Assembly: GCA_934454525.1 (NCBI GenBank)
Contig: CAKSFM010000001.1
Span: 109,502 to 173,501 of the forward strand
Origin: an uncultured Clostridia bacterium
GTDB taxonomy: Bacteria; Bacillota; Clostridia; UMGS1883
Length of the DNA stretch: 64,000 nt
Direction: 5' to 3'
In this document: positions 48,644 through 59,493 of the stretch, piece after piece
Layout: each line of letters opens with the position of its first letter
How positions within the stretch are numbered: position 1 is the stretch's first letter
Made by a program: the position numbers and the translations under genes
The notes under the pieces: generated by a model
Database searches by the model: none
Told to the model about the DNA's origin: nothing
Seen by the model: the letters and a program-made list of their open reading frames with translations, nothing else

Positions 48644-49663
48644 TCACATAAATATTTTGCGGATATCCCCGACCGTTACAATCACTGCCAAAGCCATAAG
48701 CAGCACAAATCCGGCAATGTTGATATATGCCAGAATGTCGGGGCGCACCTTTTTTCCCGTTATAAACTCCCACAGAGCAAAGATAATGCTGCCGCCGTCA
48801 AGCGCAGGGAACGGAAGCAGATTGAACACACCCAGATTCACGGTTATCATTGCAAATAACATCAGCACGTTTATCGCCGTGTACGGATTATCCTTTTCTT
48901 TTGTAACCTCGCCGACAACGGAAACAATCTCAACGGGACCGGAAAGCGTGTCAATACCGGTTTTTCCCGTCACCAAATCTCCGACTGCGCTCACAACCGC
49001 CTTTGAAATATAAACCGTGTCGTAAAACGCATACCGCGGAGCGGTAAGCACCGTTGCCTTTTCGCGGCGGAACGATACTCCCAGCTTATAGCCGTACGGC
49101 GTTTCAATGGGTTTAAGCTTTATAACCTTTTTCTCACCGCCGCGTTTAAGAGTTACCTTTATGTCACTGCCGTCCGCATGACCCATAAAAAGCGACACAT
49201 CGTCAAACGTGTGTACACGCGTTCTGTCGAGCTTCAGCAGCTCATCCCCCGGCTTCAGCTGCGTCTGAACCGTTTCGTATCCCTCTGCAATATTTTCTAT
49301 AACCGTCGGAATAATACCGGTTTGAGAATTTATTATCATGAATATTATCCACCCCAGGATAATATTCATCGTTGCACCGGCAATCAGAATTGCAATTCTT
49401 TTCAGCGGGGGAAGATTCAGAAACGAGCGCGGATTGTCGCTCTCCTCCATATCATTTTCGCCCTCAAGCTGCACAAAGCCTCCGATCGGGAAAAGACGGA
49501 TTGAGTAACGCGTTTCACCCTTTCCGAAAGACGCAAGCCGCGGTCCCATTCCGATGGCAAATTCATGCACCTGAACGCCAAAGCATTTTGCAACCGTGAA
49601 ATGTCCGAGCTCGTGCAGAATAATCATTATTCCGAATCCGATAACAGTAATTAAAACAGCCAA
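48644..49663 (-). CDS. rseP: Site-2 protease, M50 family (RseP/RasP)
   Basis: 'HELGHF' HExxH in TM1 and a PDZ domain. Confidence 0.85.
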   Translation of the reverse strand: MAVLITVIGFGIMIILHELGHFTVAKCFGVQVHEFAIGMGPRLASFGKGETRYSIRLFPIGGFVQLEGENDMEESDNPRSFLNLPPLKRIAILIAGATMNIILGWIIFMIINSQTGIIPTVIENIAEGYETVQTQLKPGDELLKLDRTRVHTFDDVSLFMGHADGSDIKVTLKRGGEKKVIKLKPIETPYGYKLGVSFRREKATVLTAPRYAFYDTVYISKAVVSAVGDLVTGKTGIDTLSGPVEIVSVVGEVTKEKDNPYTAINVLMLFAMITVNLGVFNLLPFPALDGGSIIFALWEFITGKKVRPDILAYINIAGFVLLMALAVIVTVGDIRKIFM

Positions 49664-50803
49664 TCAATCACATTCTTTCACAATTTCTCGCGCCGCTCTG
49701 TCAGCGGCAAAAATATCCTCAATGCGCGGATTTTCAACGCTTCTGCATCTGCGCATTGCTTCTTCAATCAGCATTGTTATCTCGGTAAAGCGGCACTTCC
49801 CCTTTAAGAACATTGAAACCGCTTCCTCATTCGCTCCGTTGAACACTGCGCACATTGTTCCGCCCTCGGCAGCCGCTTTTTTTGCAAGGCGCACAGCCGG
49901 AAATGTTTCGTTATCGACATCATAAAACGTCAGTTTTCCGGCTTTCACAAGGTCAAGCCTTTCCGACACGGGCGCACTGCGCTGAGGATATGAAAGCGCA
50001 TAGCTTATCGGAAGCTTCATATCGGGCACTCCGAGCTGTGCGATAACGCTTCCGTCGCACATTTCAACCATTGAATGGACTATGCTCTCGCGGTGAATAA
50101 CGGGGTCAATGCAATCCGCTCCGACGCCGAAAAGGTGCATTGCTTCGATTATTTCAAGTCCTTTATTCACAAGCGTGGCGCTGTCAATTGTGATTTTTGC
50201 GCCCATAGTCCAGTTCGGATGCTTCAGCGCCTTTTCCGGGGTTACACTTTCAAGCTCTGCGCGCGTTTTTCCGAAAAACGGACCGCCCGAAGCCGTGATT
50301 ATAATTCTTTTCAGGAAACTGCGCTGATTCGATATCGACTGAAAAATCGCGCTGTGCTCGCTGTCAACGGGAATTATTTCAACGCCTTTTTCCCTTGCGC
50401 GCTTCATAACCGATTCCCCTGCGGTGACAAGCGTTTCTTTATTCGCGAGCGCAATTCTTTTTCCGGCGTCAATTGCACAGAGCGTCGGGCGAAGTCCCGC
50501 AATGCCGACAATCGCCGTCACAACTGTTTCGGCGGCGGTTTCAGCCGCACATTCGCATAAGCCGTCCGCCCCGGAAAGAACACGCACGGACGTATCGCGC
50601 ACACGCATTTTCAAATCCGCGGCGCTTTTTTCATCTGTCATGCAGGCAATGCGCGGTTTGTATTTCCTTATCTGTTTTTCCAAAAGACCCACATTGCTGT
50701 GCGCCGTTAAAGCGTCAACCGAGTATTCGCCGGTAATATCGCAAACATCAAGCGTTTGCGTTCCGATTGAACCCGTTGAGCCGAGTATCGCAATTTTTTT
50801 CAT
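49664..50803 (-). CDS. dxr: 1-deoxy-D-xylulose 5-phosphate reductoisomerase
   Basis: 'KKIAILGSTGSIGTQTLDV' NADPH-binding N-terminus. Confidence 0.95.
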   Translation of the reverse strand: MKKIAILGSTGSIGTQTLDVCDITGEYSVDALTAHSNVGLLEKQIRKYKPRIACMTDEKSAADLKMRVRDTSVRVLSGADGLCECAAETAAETVVTAIVGIAGLRPTLCAIDAGKRIALANKETLVTAGESVMKRAREKGVEIIPVDSEHSAIFQSISNQRSFLKRIIITASGGPFFGKTRAELESVTPEKALKHPNWTMGAKITIDSATLVNKGLEIIEAMHLFGVGADCIDPVIHRESIVHSMVEMCDGSVIAQLGVPDMKLPISYALSYPQRSAPVSERLDLVKAGKLTFYDVDNETFPAVRLAKKAAAEGGTMCAVFNGANEEAVSMFLKGKCRFTEITMLIEEAMRRCRSVENPRIEDIFAADRAAREIVKECD

Positions 50804-50806
50804 TTG

Positions 50807-51616
50807 TTACCTCGCTGTGAATATCGGGAAAAAGGATATGAAGTAATAAACGATCGGCGAAACGAAAATCAGGCTGTCAAATCTGTCCATAACACCGCCG
50901 TGACCGGGCATTATATGCCCGAAATCCTTAATCCCATGCTCCCTTTTGATAATAGAGGCGCACAAGTCGCCCGTCTGCGAAAAAATACCGCACAGAATTC
51001 CGAGAACGATTACTCCCGGCAGGTTAAGGTTTACAGCGGCAAAATGTTTAACGCAGAGTGCATACACAGCCATCACAAGCATTGTGCCGAGTGCGCCGCC
51101 GACTGCGCCCTCAACCGTTTTTTTCGGACTGATTGACGGCGCAAGCTTATGCTTTCCGAACAACATTCCGCAGAAATATGCGCAGGTGTCCGTTATCCAG
51201 CTTCCTATAAAAATCAGAAACAGATTCAAAAGACCGTAATCCGTGTGCCGGACGCCCGTTATATGGAAGAATGACAGCGACAGCATCATCGTTACCGAAA
51301 AAAACTCCGTAACGGACAGGAAATTATACCGCTTGTGGTCAAACAGCATCGTAAGCAGCAGAACCGCAATATACAAAAACACTGTGATTTCGAGCGGCAT
51401 ATCCGTAAGACTCATTCGGAACGGCATGAATACCGCAACCAAGATGCTTGCCGTCATCATAATTTTATGCGTTTGCAGTCCGAGTGCTGACATCACCTCA
51501 AAAACCGCCAGTGCCGTTATAACGGCAACCGCAATATCCAGAACAAGCGCATTGCTGAATATTACAAGCATAAGCAATATTATTCCAAAAAAAGCGCTGA
51601 TTAGTCTTTGCTTCAT
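50807..51616 (-). CDS. cdsA: Phosphatidate cytidylyltransferase
   Basis: Polytopic membrane protein with a C-terminal 'GHGGVMDRFDSL' signature. Confidence 0.9.
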   Translation of the reverse strand: MKQRLISAFFGIILLMLVIFSNALVLDIAVAVITALAVFEVMSALGLQTHKIMMTASILVAVFMPFRMSLTDMPLEITVFLYIAVLLLTMLFDHKRYNFLSVTEFFSVTMMLSLSFFHITGVRHTDYGLLNLFLIFIGSWITDTCAYFCGMLFGKHKLAPSISPKKTVEGAVGGALGTMLVMAVYALCVKHFAAVNLNLPGVIVLGILCGIFSQTGDLCASIIKREHGIKDFGHIMPGHGGVMDRFDSLIFVSPIVYYFISFFPIFTAR

Positions 51617-51687
51617 ATAAAAATGCTCACTTTCTTATGCGCGGTATCCGCGCATTTTTTCCAAACGGCTGCGTTCGCAGTCCGGTT

Positions 51688-52437
51688 TCACACTCCGCCG
51701 AAACGCCGGTTTCTCTTCTGATAATCATGAACTGCGCGCCGCAAGTCATTTTCCGAAAAATCCGGCCAGAGAACATTATCGAACCACAGCTCGCTGTAGG
51801 CGCTCTGCCACATAAGGAAGTTGCTGAGCCGATACTCTCCGCTCGGTCTGATGATAAGGTCAGGGTCATGCTGACCGCTCGTGTCAAGGTATTCTTCAAT
51901 CGTTTTTTCGTCAATGTCCTCTGCACTGAGCTTTCCCTCGGCGCAGAGCTTTGCAATTTTGCGCACGGCAAGGGTTATTTCCCTCCGTCCGCCGTAATTT
52001 AGCGCAACATTAAGCAAAAGACCACCGTTGTTTTCAGTGGCCTTTTCCATGTAGCGAAGTTTTCTTTGAAAATCTTCGGAAAACGCCGATTCATCGCCTA
52101 TAAAATGGATTTTAACATCACGGCCGGCAAGTCTTGTCAGACCGTTGTCAAGATAATCCTCCAAAAGAGACATCAGCATGTCGACTTCTTCTTTCGGGCG
52201 TCGCCAGTTTTCCGTGGAAAATGCGTAAATGGTAACAATTTTTATTCCCATGTTACCGGCGTACTCCACAATCTTTTCAAAGGTTTTCGCTCCCGCTGCA
52301 TGACCGGCAGTTCTGGGAAGACCGCGCCGTTTTGCCCAGCGGCCGTTCCCGTCCATTATAATGCCGATATGCACCGGTAAATTTTCAAGGTCCACTTCAG
52401 TGCGGTTTCTTTTGCCGAAAATTTCTTTCAGCTTCAT
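51688..52437 (-). CDS. uppS: Isoprenyl transferase (undecaprenyl diphosphate synthase)
   Basis: 'HIGIIMDGNGRWAKRRGLPR'. Confidence 0.95.
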   Translation of the reverse strand: MKLKEIFGKRNRTEVDLENLPVHIGIIMDGNGRWAKRRGLPRTAGHAAGAKTFEKIVEYAGNMGIKIVTIYAFSTENWRRPKEEVDMLMSLLEDYLDNGLTRLAGRDVKIHFIGDESAFSEDFQRKLRYMEKATENNGGLLLNVALNYGGRREITLAVRKIAKLCAEGKLSAEDIDEKTIEEYLDTSGQHDPDLIIRPSGEYRLSNFLMWQSAYSELWFDNVLWPDFSENDLRRAVHDYQKRNRRFGGV

Positions 52438-52447
52438 TTCACACCAC

Positions 52448-53002
52448 TCATATTTCCATTATTTCTTTGTTTTTCTTGTCCGCAAGCTTGTCAATTTCCT
52501 TAATCTGAGCATCGATTATGTCCTGAATTTCTTTTTCGATATTCTTAAGGTCATCCTCGGTTATTTCGCTCTTTTTCTTCATTGCCTTGTATTTTTCGAT
52601 TTCATCGCGCCTGATTCCGCGGATAACAACCTTGCAGTCCTCCGCTTTTTTTGCAACACTCTTTGTAAGCTCCTTACGTCTGTCCTCCGTCAGCTGAGGA
52701 AATGACAGGCGCAGCATTTTACCGTCATTCTGCGGATTGATGCCGATTTCCGACGCCTGAATTGCCTTCTCAATTGCTTTTACAAGGCTTGCATCCCACG
52801 GCTGAATTGTGATTGTGCGCGCGTCCGGCGTTGCGATTGCCGCAACCTGACTCACGGGCGTCTGCGTTCCGTAATAGTCAACGCTTACCTTATTAAGCAC
52901 TGAAGCGTTTGCCCTGCCGGCTCTGATTGTTCCGAGATCCTCCAGAAAGTAGTTAATCGCCTTGTCAATTTTTGCATTAAGCTCCGGATATTCGTTTTTC
53001 AT
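52448..53002 (-). CDS. frr: Ribosome recycling factor
   Basis: 184 aa, RRF family. Confidence 0.95.
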   Translation of the reverse strand: MKNEYPELNAKIDKAINYFLEDLGTIRAGRANASVLNKVSVDYYGTQTPVSQVAAIATPDARTITIQPWDASLVKAIEKAIQASEIGINPQNDGKMLRLSFPQLTEDRRKELTKSVAKKAEDCKVVIRGIRRDEIEKYKAMKKKSEITEDDLKNIEKEIQDIIDAQIKEIDKLADKKNKEIMEI

Positions 53003-53066
53003 GTTTTGATTCCTCCCGAATTATTATATTATATTGTAAAAGAAATTATCAAACCTGAATTCATCT

Positions 53067-53792
53067 TTATTCAGCATAAACAAGTGTTCCGATTTCCGCT
53101 CCCTCAAGCACACGCTTTATGTTGTCCGGTTCGGAAAGTCCGAACACGCGTATCGGCATCTTATTATCCATGCAAAGGGAGGTTGCCGTTGTGTCCATAA
53201 CGCCCAGCCCCTTGTTAAGCACATCGATATAAGTAATTTTGTCAAACTTCACTGCGTCGGGATTGAATGCCGGGTCGCTGTCATAAACGCCGTCAACCTT
53301 CTTCGCCAGTAAAATAGCCTCTGCGTCGATTTCCGCAGCACGAAGCGCAGCCGTTGTATCCGTTGAGAAGAACGGATTTCCCGTGCCGCAGCCGAATATT
53401 ACAACGCGCCCTTTTTCAAGATGACGGATTGCGCGCCCTCTGATATACGGCTCGGCAATCTGGCGCATTTCAATCGCCGTCTGAACGCGCGTTTCGATTC
53501 CCGCTCTTTCAAATGCGTCGCACAAAGCGAGCGAGTTTATAACCGTTGCAAGCATTCCCATATGGTCGGCACGTGTGCGCTCCATGTTTTCGCCCGTTCT
53601 TCCGCGCCAGAAGTTTCCTCCGCCGACAACAACCGCAATCTGCACACCGAGGGCAACGCACTCCTTAATTGTTTTCGCAATCGATTCAAGCGTCGGTTCG
53701 TCAAGACCGAAACCTTTTTCTCCGGCAAGCGCCTCTCCGCTCAGCTTTATAAGCACTCTTTTATATTTTGTCTGCATTTTCCAATACCTCAC
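53067..53792 (-). CDS. pyrH: UMP kinase
   Basis: '[11 protein letters not shown]' N-terminus, 241 aa. Confidence 0.95.
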   Translation of the reverse strand: MRYWKMQTKYKRVLIKLSGEALAGEKGFGLDEPTLESIAKTIKECVALGVQIAVVVGGGNFWRGRTGENMERTRADHMGMLATVINSLALCDAFERAGIETRVQTAIEMRQIAEPYIRGRAIRHLEKGRVVIFGCGTGNPFFSTDTTAALRAAEIDAEAILLAKKVDGVYDSDPAFNPDAVKFDKITYIDVLNKGLGVMDTTATSLCMDNKMPIRVFGLSEPDNIKRVLEGAEIGTLVYAE

Positions 53793-53879
53793 TTTTTATC
53801 TTCTGAATACTATTTTAACATATTTATTTGCATTTTGTAAATATCTATAGTATAATAAGTTTAAATTATTTTTTTAGAG

Positions 53880-54803
53880 GTGAGTTTGATGAGTAATTTC
53901 CCTCGTTTATGGGAGAATCTGTTAAATTCCGAAACCGGATTGCCGGTCGTTGTCAAGTCCATTCAGCGAATTATGGACGATCATTATCATCCCGACTCCG
54001 TGAGTATGCACGAGGAGTTTGAGCTTGTCTATATTCAGGAGCTGGAACGCGGCGCATTTGAAATAGACGGCGAACTTGTTATGCTCAGACCGAATGACCT
54101 GCTGCTTATAAAACCGAGAACGCCGCATGTGCTTAAAATCGAAAGCAACCGCCCGTGCCGCTTTCTTGTTCTGAAATTCTCTTTTGCGCGCAGCCAGGAA
54201 AAAAATTATTCCGGAATAAGCCTCAATGATTTCCTTTCATTTATATCTGACAGCACCGACAGCTGCAGTTACTTCACAATTTCAAATATATACTGCACAA
54301 ACATCGCAGCGCTCATGCAGCAGATTATGCATGAGAACAAATCTCCCGATGCGGAAAGCGACTTTCTCCGCAGCCTGCTCACAATGGAGCTGTTTGTCTG
54401 GCTGAGCCGCAGCCTGCGTACGCAGTGGGAAACAAATCTTTCAACCAAAGGGCACAAGCTTCAGGAAATGCTTGAGGCGGCGCGTGTATATATTGATGAA
54501 AATTATAATACCGACATATCTCTTTCCGATATTGCCGGCTATGTTTACATATCCACAAGCCATTTTGCGCGTGCGTTTAAGAAATATTATGACATCAGTC
54601 CGATTCAGTATCTTTTAAGCGTACGCATTGAAAAAGCGCGGCAATATCTTGAGGAAACAAATCTCAAGGTCGGAGAAATTGCCTCCGCTGTCGGATTTTC
54701 GGCTCAGCAGCGCTTCAATGATATTTTCCGCAAGCAAACCGGAATGTCGCCGAGCGAATACCGCCAGCACTACAAGGAAAGTGTTTTGAACATGGAGCAG
54801 TAA
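53880..54803 (+). CDS. AraC-family transcriptional regulator (N-terminal cupin, C-terminal AraC HTH)
   Basis: C-terminal 'ISLSDIAGYVYISTSHFARAFKKYYDISPIQY...VGFSAQQRFNDIFRKQTGMSPSEYR'. Confidence 0.85.
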   Translation: MSLMSNFPRLWENLLNSETGLPVVVKSIQRIMDDHYHPDSVSMHEEFELVYIQELERGAFEIDGELVMLRPNDLLLIKPRTPHVLKIESNRPCRFLVLKFSFARSQEKNYSGISLNDFLSFISDSTDSCSYFTISNIYCTNIAALMQQIMHENKSPDAESDFLRSLLTMELFVWLSRSLRTQWETNLSTKGHKLQEMLEAARVYIDENYNTDISLSDIAGYVYISTSHFARAFKKYYDISPIQYLLSVRIEKARQYLEETNLKVGEIASAVGFSAQQRFNDIFRKQTGMSPSEYRQHYKESVLNMEQ

Positions 54804-54811
54804 CGCGTGGC

Positions 54812-55015
54812 TGCGAACAAACTTCGCCGCTCGGCGTACATAGGTACGCCGAGCGGCGAAGTTTGTTGATAGCAAGAAAAGGGGGATTCTTTGAAAAATC
54901 AAATTTTTGATTTTTCTACTTTAATGAATCCAAACTGCAAGAATTATATTTCATGTAAATATATGCTTTTTCTCCTTTTCTTGCGTTCCGGAGCTTTTTA
55001 ACATCCCCGTCGTTT
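54812..55015 (-). repeat. About 200-bp intergenic element (copy 2, inverted relative to copy 1). It begins at the first base after the upp stop and contains a perfect 24-bp-stem palindrome (54816-54867)
   Basis: rc(54812-55015) aligns with 21101-21316 in two blocks of about 50 and about 90 bp. The palindrome is 'aacaaacttcgccgctcggcgtac-atag-gtacgccgagcggcgaagtttgtt'. A second, AT-rich hairpin is 'gaaaaatcaa attt ttgatttttc'. Confidence 0.85.
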
Positions 55016-55645
55016 TTATTCTGTTCCGAAAAGCCTGTCACCGGCGTCACCGAGACCGGGAAGGATATAACCCTTTTCATTCAGTTTTTCGTCCATCACG
55101 CCAAGATAAACCTGCACATCGGGATGTGCCTCCAAAACTCTCTTAACGCCCTCCTGAACGCCGACAATGCTGAGCACCTTAATGTGCTTTGCGCCATGCT
55201 CTTTGAGCATTGTAACGGCAGCGGCAAGCGAGCCGCCCGTTGCAAGCATGGGATCAAGCACGAAAACAGTTCTTTCGCTTATATCAGCCGGGAGATTACA
55301 GTAATACTCCTCCGGCTCAAGCGTTTCGTGATTGCGGCACAGACCGATATGACCGATTTTGGAAGAAGGAAGTATTTTTAACATTCCGTCAACCATGCCG
55401 AGTCCGGCTCTGAGAATAGGAACGATAACCGGCTTATCTGTTGTAATCATCTGACATTTCGCAGTCATCAGCGGCGTAGGAACATCTACGGCATTTGTTT
55501 TCATATCTCTGGTAGCTTCATAACAAATCAGCATCGCTATTTCGCTGACAAGTTCGCGAAATGCCTTGCCGTCAGTATTCTGATGGCGCAGCAAGCCAAG
55601 CTTGTGTGAAATAAGCGGATGATTCATAATTGTGAGGTTTTCCAT
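55016..55645 (-). CDS. upp: Uracil phosphoribosyltransferase
   Basis: 'MNHPLISHKLGLLRHQNT' and a PRPP-binding motif, 209 aa. Confidence 0.95.
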   Translation of the reverse strand: MENLTIMNHPLISHKLGLLRHQNTDGKAFRELVSEIAMLICYEATRDMKTNAVDVPTPLMTAKCQMITTDKPVIVPILRAGLGMVDGMLKILPSSKIGHIGLCRNHETLEPEEYYCNLPADISERTVFVLDPMLATGGSLAAAVTMLKEHGAKHIKVLSIVGVQEGVKRVLEAHPDVQVYLGVMDEKLNEKGYILPGLGDAGDRLFGTE

Positions 55646-55744
55646 TATGTTTCTCCGTCCTTTTCATTTTATTCCGAGTATTTCAGCTCTGCGTTTTATT
55701 ATACAACAGATTTCTCCTGTTGTCTACATATTTATTTATATTTT

Positions 55745-56338
55745 TCAGCTGCGCCTGTTCACCGCATCAATAATCAAATCAACCGCGCCGTCTATTCCGA
55801 GCGCTCCGCTGTTTATGCACAGGTCATATGTAGCTGCCGCACCCCACGCTCCATCAGTATAATAAGAATAATATTTTGCGCGCTTTTTGTCGATTTTTCT
55901 GATATGCGCTTCAATTTCACTGTCGGATTTTCCGGGAAGAACGGATTTTTTCCTTTCAATTTTATCTTTCATCGGAGCATGGACGAACACGCTGAAAAGC
56001 GCAGCGTCATCATTGAGAACATAATTAGCGCACCTTCCGACAATCACACAGCTGCCCTTTGCCGCAAGCTCACGCAAAACATCCGCCTGCGCAATATAAA
56101 CGCGGTCGCTCATCGGCATTTGGTAAATGTCAAAAATGTTCGATGACGAAAATGCCGGAAACGAGTGTTTCTCGTCATATCTCTCAACAACGCTTTCCTC
56201 AAGATTCGTCTTTTCCGCCGCATGTACGATAAGCTCCTTGTCATAAAACGGGATACCGAGCTTTTCCGCAAGCTTCAGACCGATTTCACGGCCGCCGCTG
56301 CCGAATTCACGTCCTATAGTAATAATGACTTTTTTCAT
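55745..56338 (-). CDS. Cytidylate-kinase-like family protein (P-loop NTPase)
   Basis: 'MKKVIITIGREFGSGGREIGLKLAEKLGIPFYDKELI'. Confidence 0.7.
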   Translation of the reverse strand: MKKVIITIGREFGSGGREIGLKLAEKLGIPFYDKELIVHAAEKTNLEESVVERYDEKHSFPAFSSSNIFDIYQMPMSDRVYIAQADVLRELAAKGSCVIVGRCANYVLNDDAALFSVFVHAPMKDKIERKKSVLPGKSDSEIEAHIRKIDKKRAKYYSYYTDGAWGAAATYDLCINSGALGIDGAVDLIIDAVNRRS

Positions 56339-56426
56339 ATATATCACCTCTTACTTATAATATAGCACAAGCTGCTGAAATTTACAAGTTTTTTTTGATA
56401 TGAGGAGAAGAGAATTATATGTTTTG

Positions 56427-58910
56427 TCACTCTGTCTGTGCCGCAAACACGCGGTTTATTCCGAACGGCAGCAGCTCTTCTCCGCTTTCCGAAAACAGAT
56501 TGTGTGCGGAACAGCATATTTCGATTTCCGCCGTGCAGTCTGCGTCAAGTCCGAACAGCTCTGTTCTTGCAGGAGACGAAAAAAACGTTTTTTCACGCCG
56601 CCCGATTCTGATAACCGCCGCGTCAAAGCCGCCCTCAGCCGTAAGCAGGGTTCCGCGCGGAATTTCCGGCGGAAGTCTCAGCACATATGTGAGTTTGCCG
56701 AAGCAGTGCGGCATTGCAGATGAAACATCGCCCGCGTTCAGTTCGCTCCCGGCAATGCCTTTACCGTCCGTATCGAAATCTCCCTCAAGGTATATCGGCG
56801 AAAGACCAGCCGGACTGCCGGAGTCATACCGTGCACCATTCGGATATGCACTGTTTTTTTTGTATTCAAGCGCAAATGTGTTTTTTCCGTTTGAAAGCAT
56901 ACCGGCAATTTCAGCGCACCAAAGACCTCTTCCGGCATTTGTGAGCTTAACCTCCCTGCCGTTGAGCAGAACCGCGTCCATGCTTCCGCCGTATTCTATG
57001 TATGCCGCTATATCTCCGCAGGCGGAAAGGTCAGCTTCAAACGGATATTTCAGCCTAATATGTTCCCCGTTCGGAAGCGCATAAAATTTTTTCCGCAGAT
57101 TATCGATATTGTCGTTCCTGAGCGCTTTTTTCCCGAAGCAGGCATTAACCTCTTTCAGCGGCAGAATGTTTCGGCACACCTCTGCAAGCTCACACGGAAG
57201 TCCGGTACTTTCACGAGCCTTTTTCAGCAGTATACCGTCCGCGGCAAGCGGCGCTTCATCGGCATACATCGTTTTTCCGCAGATAAAAACAGTTATAGCT
57301 CCGGCATCGGCAAACAGCTTCACTTCTCCGCTTTCGGCAGCCGGAAGCAAATAAATCTCTCCGCCGGAAGCATCGGCAAGATGGATATCTCCGCCGTACT
57401 GCGCTTCAATCTTTCCTCCGTGCGGCGAGAACACAAATGTAAATATTCTTTCCCCGTCCGTTCGGCTCGAAACAAGTGTATCAGTTCCCGAAACGGAAAT
57501 GACTCCGCAATCCGGACTGTAATCCGCTTCGGGAATGAAAAAGTCCGGCAGATCACGCTGCGCAAAGCACGGCACTCCGGGCAGGAGCGCTGTTTTATAC
57601 ACATTGCCGCCAACAGAAAGTCCGTCCGCGGTGCAGCAGCCGGGATCAACCATATCCTCGTCTATAATATGAAAATCCGTGCCGCGGTGCAGCAGTTTTT
57701 TTGTTATCTTTTCAATTTCGGCATATGCTTCTTTATATTCGTTTTCCGAAAGACCCCGCAGATACTCTGTCGGGAACACCAGGCACACATCCGCCGTGCT
57801 GCGCGTTTCCGCTTTGATCCGCGCAAGTCTTGCAATATACTCCGACAGCGCATTTTCGCCCAGAAGGCTTAAATGAAAACGGCTGCTTTCATACTTTTCG
57901 CCGTCCGCAAACGAAAACGGAATTCCGTCATACCTGATCTCGTCCGCACCGAGCATAATGCAGAGTGCGGCTGCACTTTTCCGGTCGTTCGCAGCAGCAA
58001 GGCGCTGCGTTTTAATACTGACAGCCGTCCTGATTCCGAATATTTCTCCGCACGATGTCAGCCTTTTAACAGCCGTTAAATCGGGTGCGGAACAATCAAA
58101 CTCAATGCACGGCAGCTCACTCATCCGATAAACGGATTGGTTTTCAAGCAACCTGCCGCCGGGCAAAAGCGAAAAATGCAGTCCGCTCTTTCTGCATTCC
58201 TCAGCATTTTTTTCAATAAATCCGTTTTTTGCGGCGTCGGCTATTTCAGCCAGATATTTTCTGCGGCAGCTGCGCCCGTCCGTACCCTCGAGGAGCATAC
58301 AGGCGGCGTCTTTCCCTGTGGTTCTGCAAAAACTTTCGTATACCTCTCCGCTGTACGGAAGTTTTGCATCAATCCGCGGATTTGATACCATTCCGCTGAT
58401 TTCAATTCCCAAAAATCTGTGACATTCACCGCGCAGAGCGCTGTAGAAATGCTCCGTGAAGCAGTCGGCTGCCTCTCCCGAGCAGATATCCGCGCAATCG
58501 TTCATTTGTGCGGCAATAACAGTGTTTTTGCCGTTTTCGCATATAATATTGTCCGACTTGCGCACACTTCCCGACGGCACTTCTTCAAACCCGGCTGCTC
58601 TGTATTCGGGTACACTCGTTATTTCTCCGCCGCAAAATCCGCTTGACTCTCCGTTATCATCATAAAGCCACAATTCCGTGCCGTAATGCGCACTGCGGCG
58701 CGCCGCAGTGCGCACAAGCTCAAAATAATCGCGGCTCATATATTTGACCGAAAGCCGCATGGTCGGTCTGAGATATATCCGCCCGATTCCTTTTTCCGCA
58801 AATTCTTTAAGCCCCGCATCAATTTCTTCCGCCGTCGGTTCGCCGCAGAGATACCAAACCACAGACGGACGATATTCATTTTTTACGGTTTTAAAATCAT
58901 GCAAATCCAT
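56427..58910 (-). CDS. Large hypothetical cytoplasmic protein (827 aa), possibly glycoside-hydrolase-like
   Basis: Long ORF with protein-like composition. The N-terminus 'VVWYLCGEPTAEEIDAGLKEFAEKGIGRIYLRP' is suggestive of a TIM-barrel glycosidase-like fold. No confident family assignment. Confidence 0.5.
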   Translation of the reverse strand: MDLHDFKTVKNEYRPSVVWYLCGEPTAEEIDAGLKEFAEKGIGRIYLRPTMRLSVKYMSRDYFELVRTAARRSAHYGTELWLYDDNGESSGFCGGEITSVPEYRAAGFEEVPSGSVRKSDNIICENGKNTVIAAQMNDCADICSGEAADCFTEHFYSALRGECHRFLGIEISGMVSNPRIDAKLPYSGEVYESFCRTTGKDAACMLLEGTDGRSCRRKYLAEIADAAKNGFIEKNAEECRKSGLHFSLLPGGRLLENQSVYRMSELPCIEFDCSAPDLTAVKRLTSCGEIFGIRTAVSIKTQRLAAANDRKSAAALCIMLGADEIRYDGIPFSFADGEKYESSRFHLSLLGENALSEYIARLARIKAETRSTADVCLVFPTEYLRGLSENEYKEAYAEIEKITKKLLHRGTDFHIIDEDMVDPGCCTADGLSVGGNVYKTALLPGVPCFAQRDLPDFFIPEADYSPDCGVISVSGTDTLVSSRTDGERIFTFVFSPHGGKIEAQYGGDIHLADASGGEIYLLPAAESGEVKLFADAGAITVFICGKTMYADEAPLAADGILLKKARESTGLPCELAEVCRNILPLKEVNACFGKKALRNDNIDNLRKKFYALPNGEHIRLKYPFEADLSACGDIAAYIEYGGSMDAVLLNGREVKLTNAGRGLWCAEIAGMLSNGKNTFALEYKKNSAYPNGARYDSGSPAGLSPIYLEGDFDTDGKGIAGSELNAGDVSSAMPHCFGKLTYVLRLPPEIPRGTLLTAEGGFDAAVIRIGRREKTFFSSPARTELFGLDADCTAEIEICCSAHNLFSESGEELLPFGINRVFAAQTE

Positions 58911-59142
58911 ACCATCATTCCAATCATATATAAATGTACGCCTTGCACAGCGTTTGTTTTCATTATATAAGTATACAGAAAAAACGAAGAAACGTCAACA
59001 TAAATTCCGCTTTTCCGGCTGCAGCCATGCTTTTCACCGCCGTTTCATTGCTCCTGCAAATTTTTTTGATTCTTTTTCTAAAAAAAGCTTTACAAACCTG
59101 CAAAACTGTGCTATAATATTTCTTGTTCGAAAGAAACGATAT

Positions 59143-59220
<78 letters not shown>

Positions 59221-59224
59221 CGAA

Positions 59225-59270
59225 AAAACCGCTTAACTAAGCCATTTGTGCAAAGTTAAGCGGTTTTCTT
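59225..59270 (+). terminator. Intrinsic terminator after the tRNA
   Basis: 'aaaaccgcttaact...agttaagcggtttt cttt'. Confidence 0.65.
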
Positions 59271-59396
59271 TATGTTCGGAAAACAGGCGAATAATTCAAC
59301 TATAATTCAACTCTATTTTAGAATTATGCTTTTTTAAGAAATATTTCCTATAAGTATATCTCGTTGCAAAAAAGCCGTGTTTTTTCGGCAAAAGCG

Positions 59397-59425
59397 TTGA
59401 CAACACTTATAATAATTGATATAAT
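59397..59425 (+). promoter_or_regulatory. Consensus sigma-A promoter TTGACA-17-TATAAT for glnA
   Basis: Boxes at 59397-59402 and 59420-59425. Confidence 0.7.
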
Positions 59426-59439
59426 ATTGTGCGGACGAT

Positions 59440-59474
59440 GGCGTTCATCCTTGTGAGGCTGAACGCCCTTTTTG
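59440..59474 (+). terminator. Leader terminator/attenuator in the glnA 5' UTR, probable ANTAR target
   Basis: 'ggcgttca tccttgtgaggc tgaacgcc ctttttg' lies between the promoter and the RBS GGAGGAG. Confidence 0.65.
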
Positions 59475-59493
59475 AATGGAGGAGATATGTGCC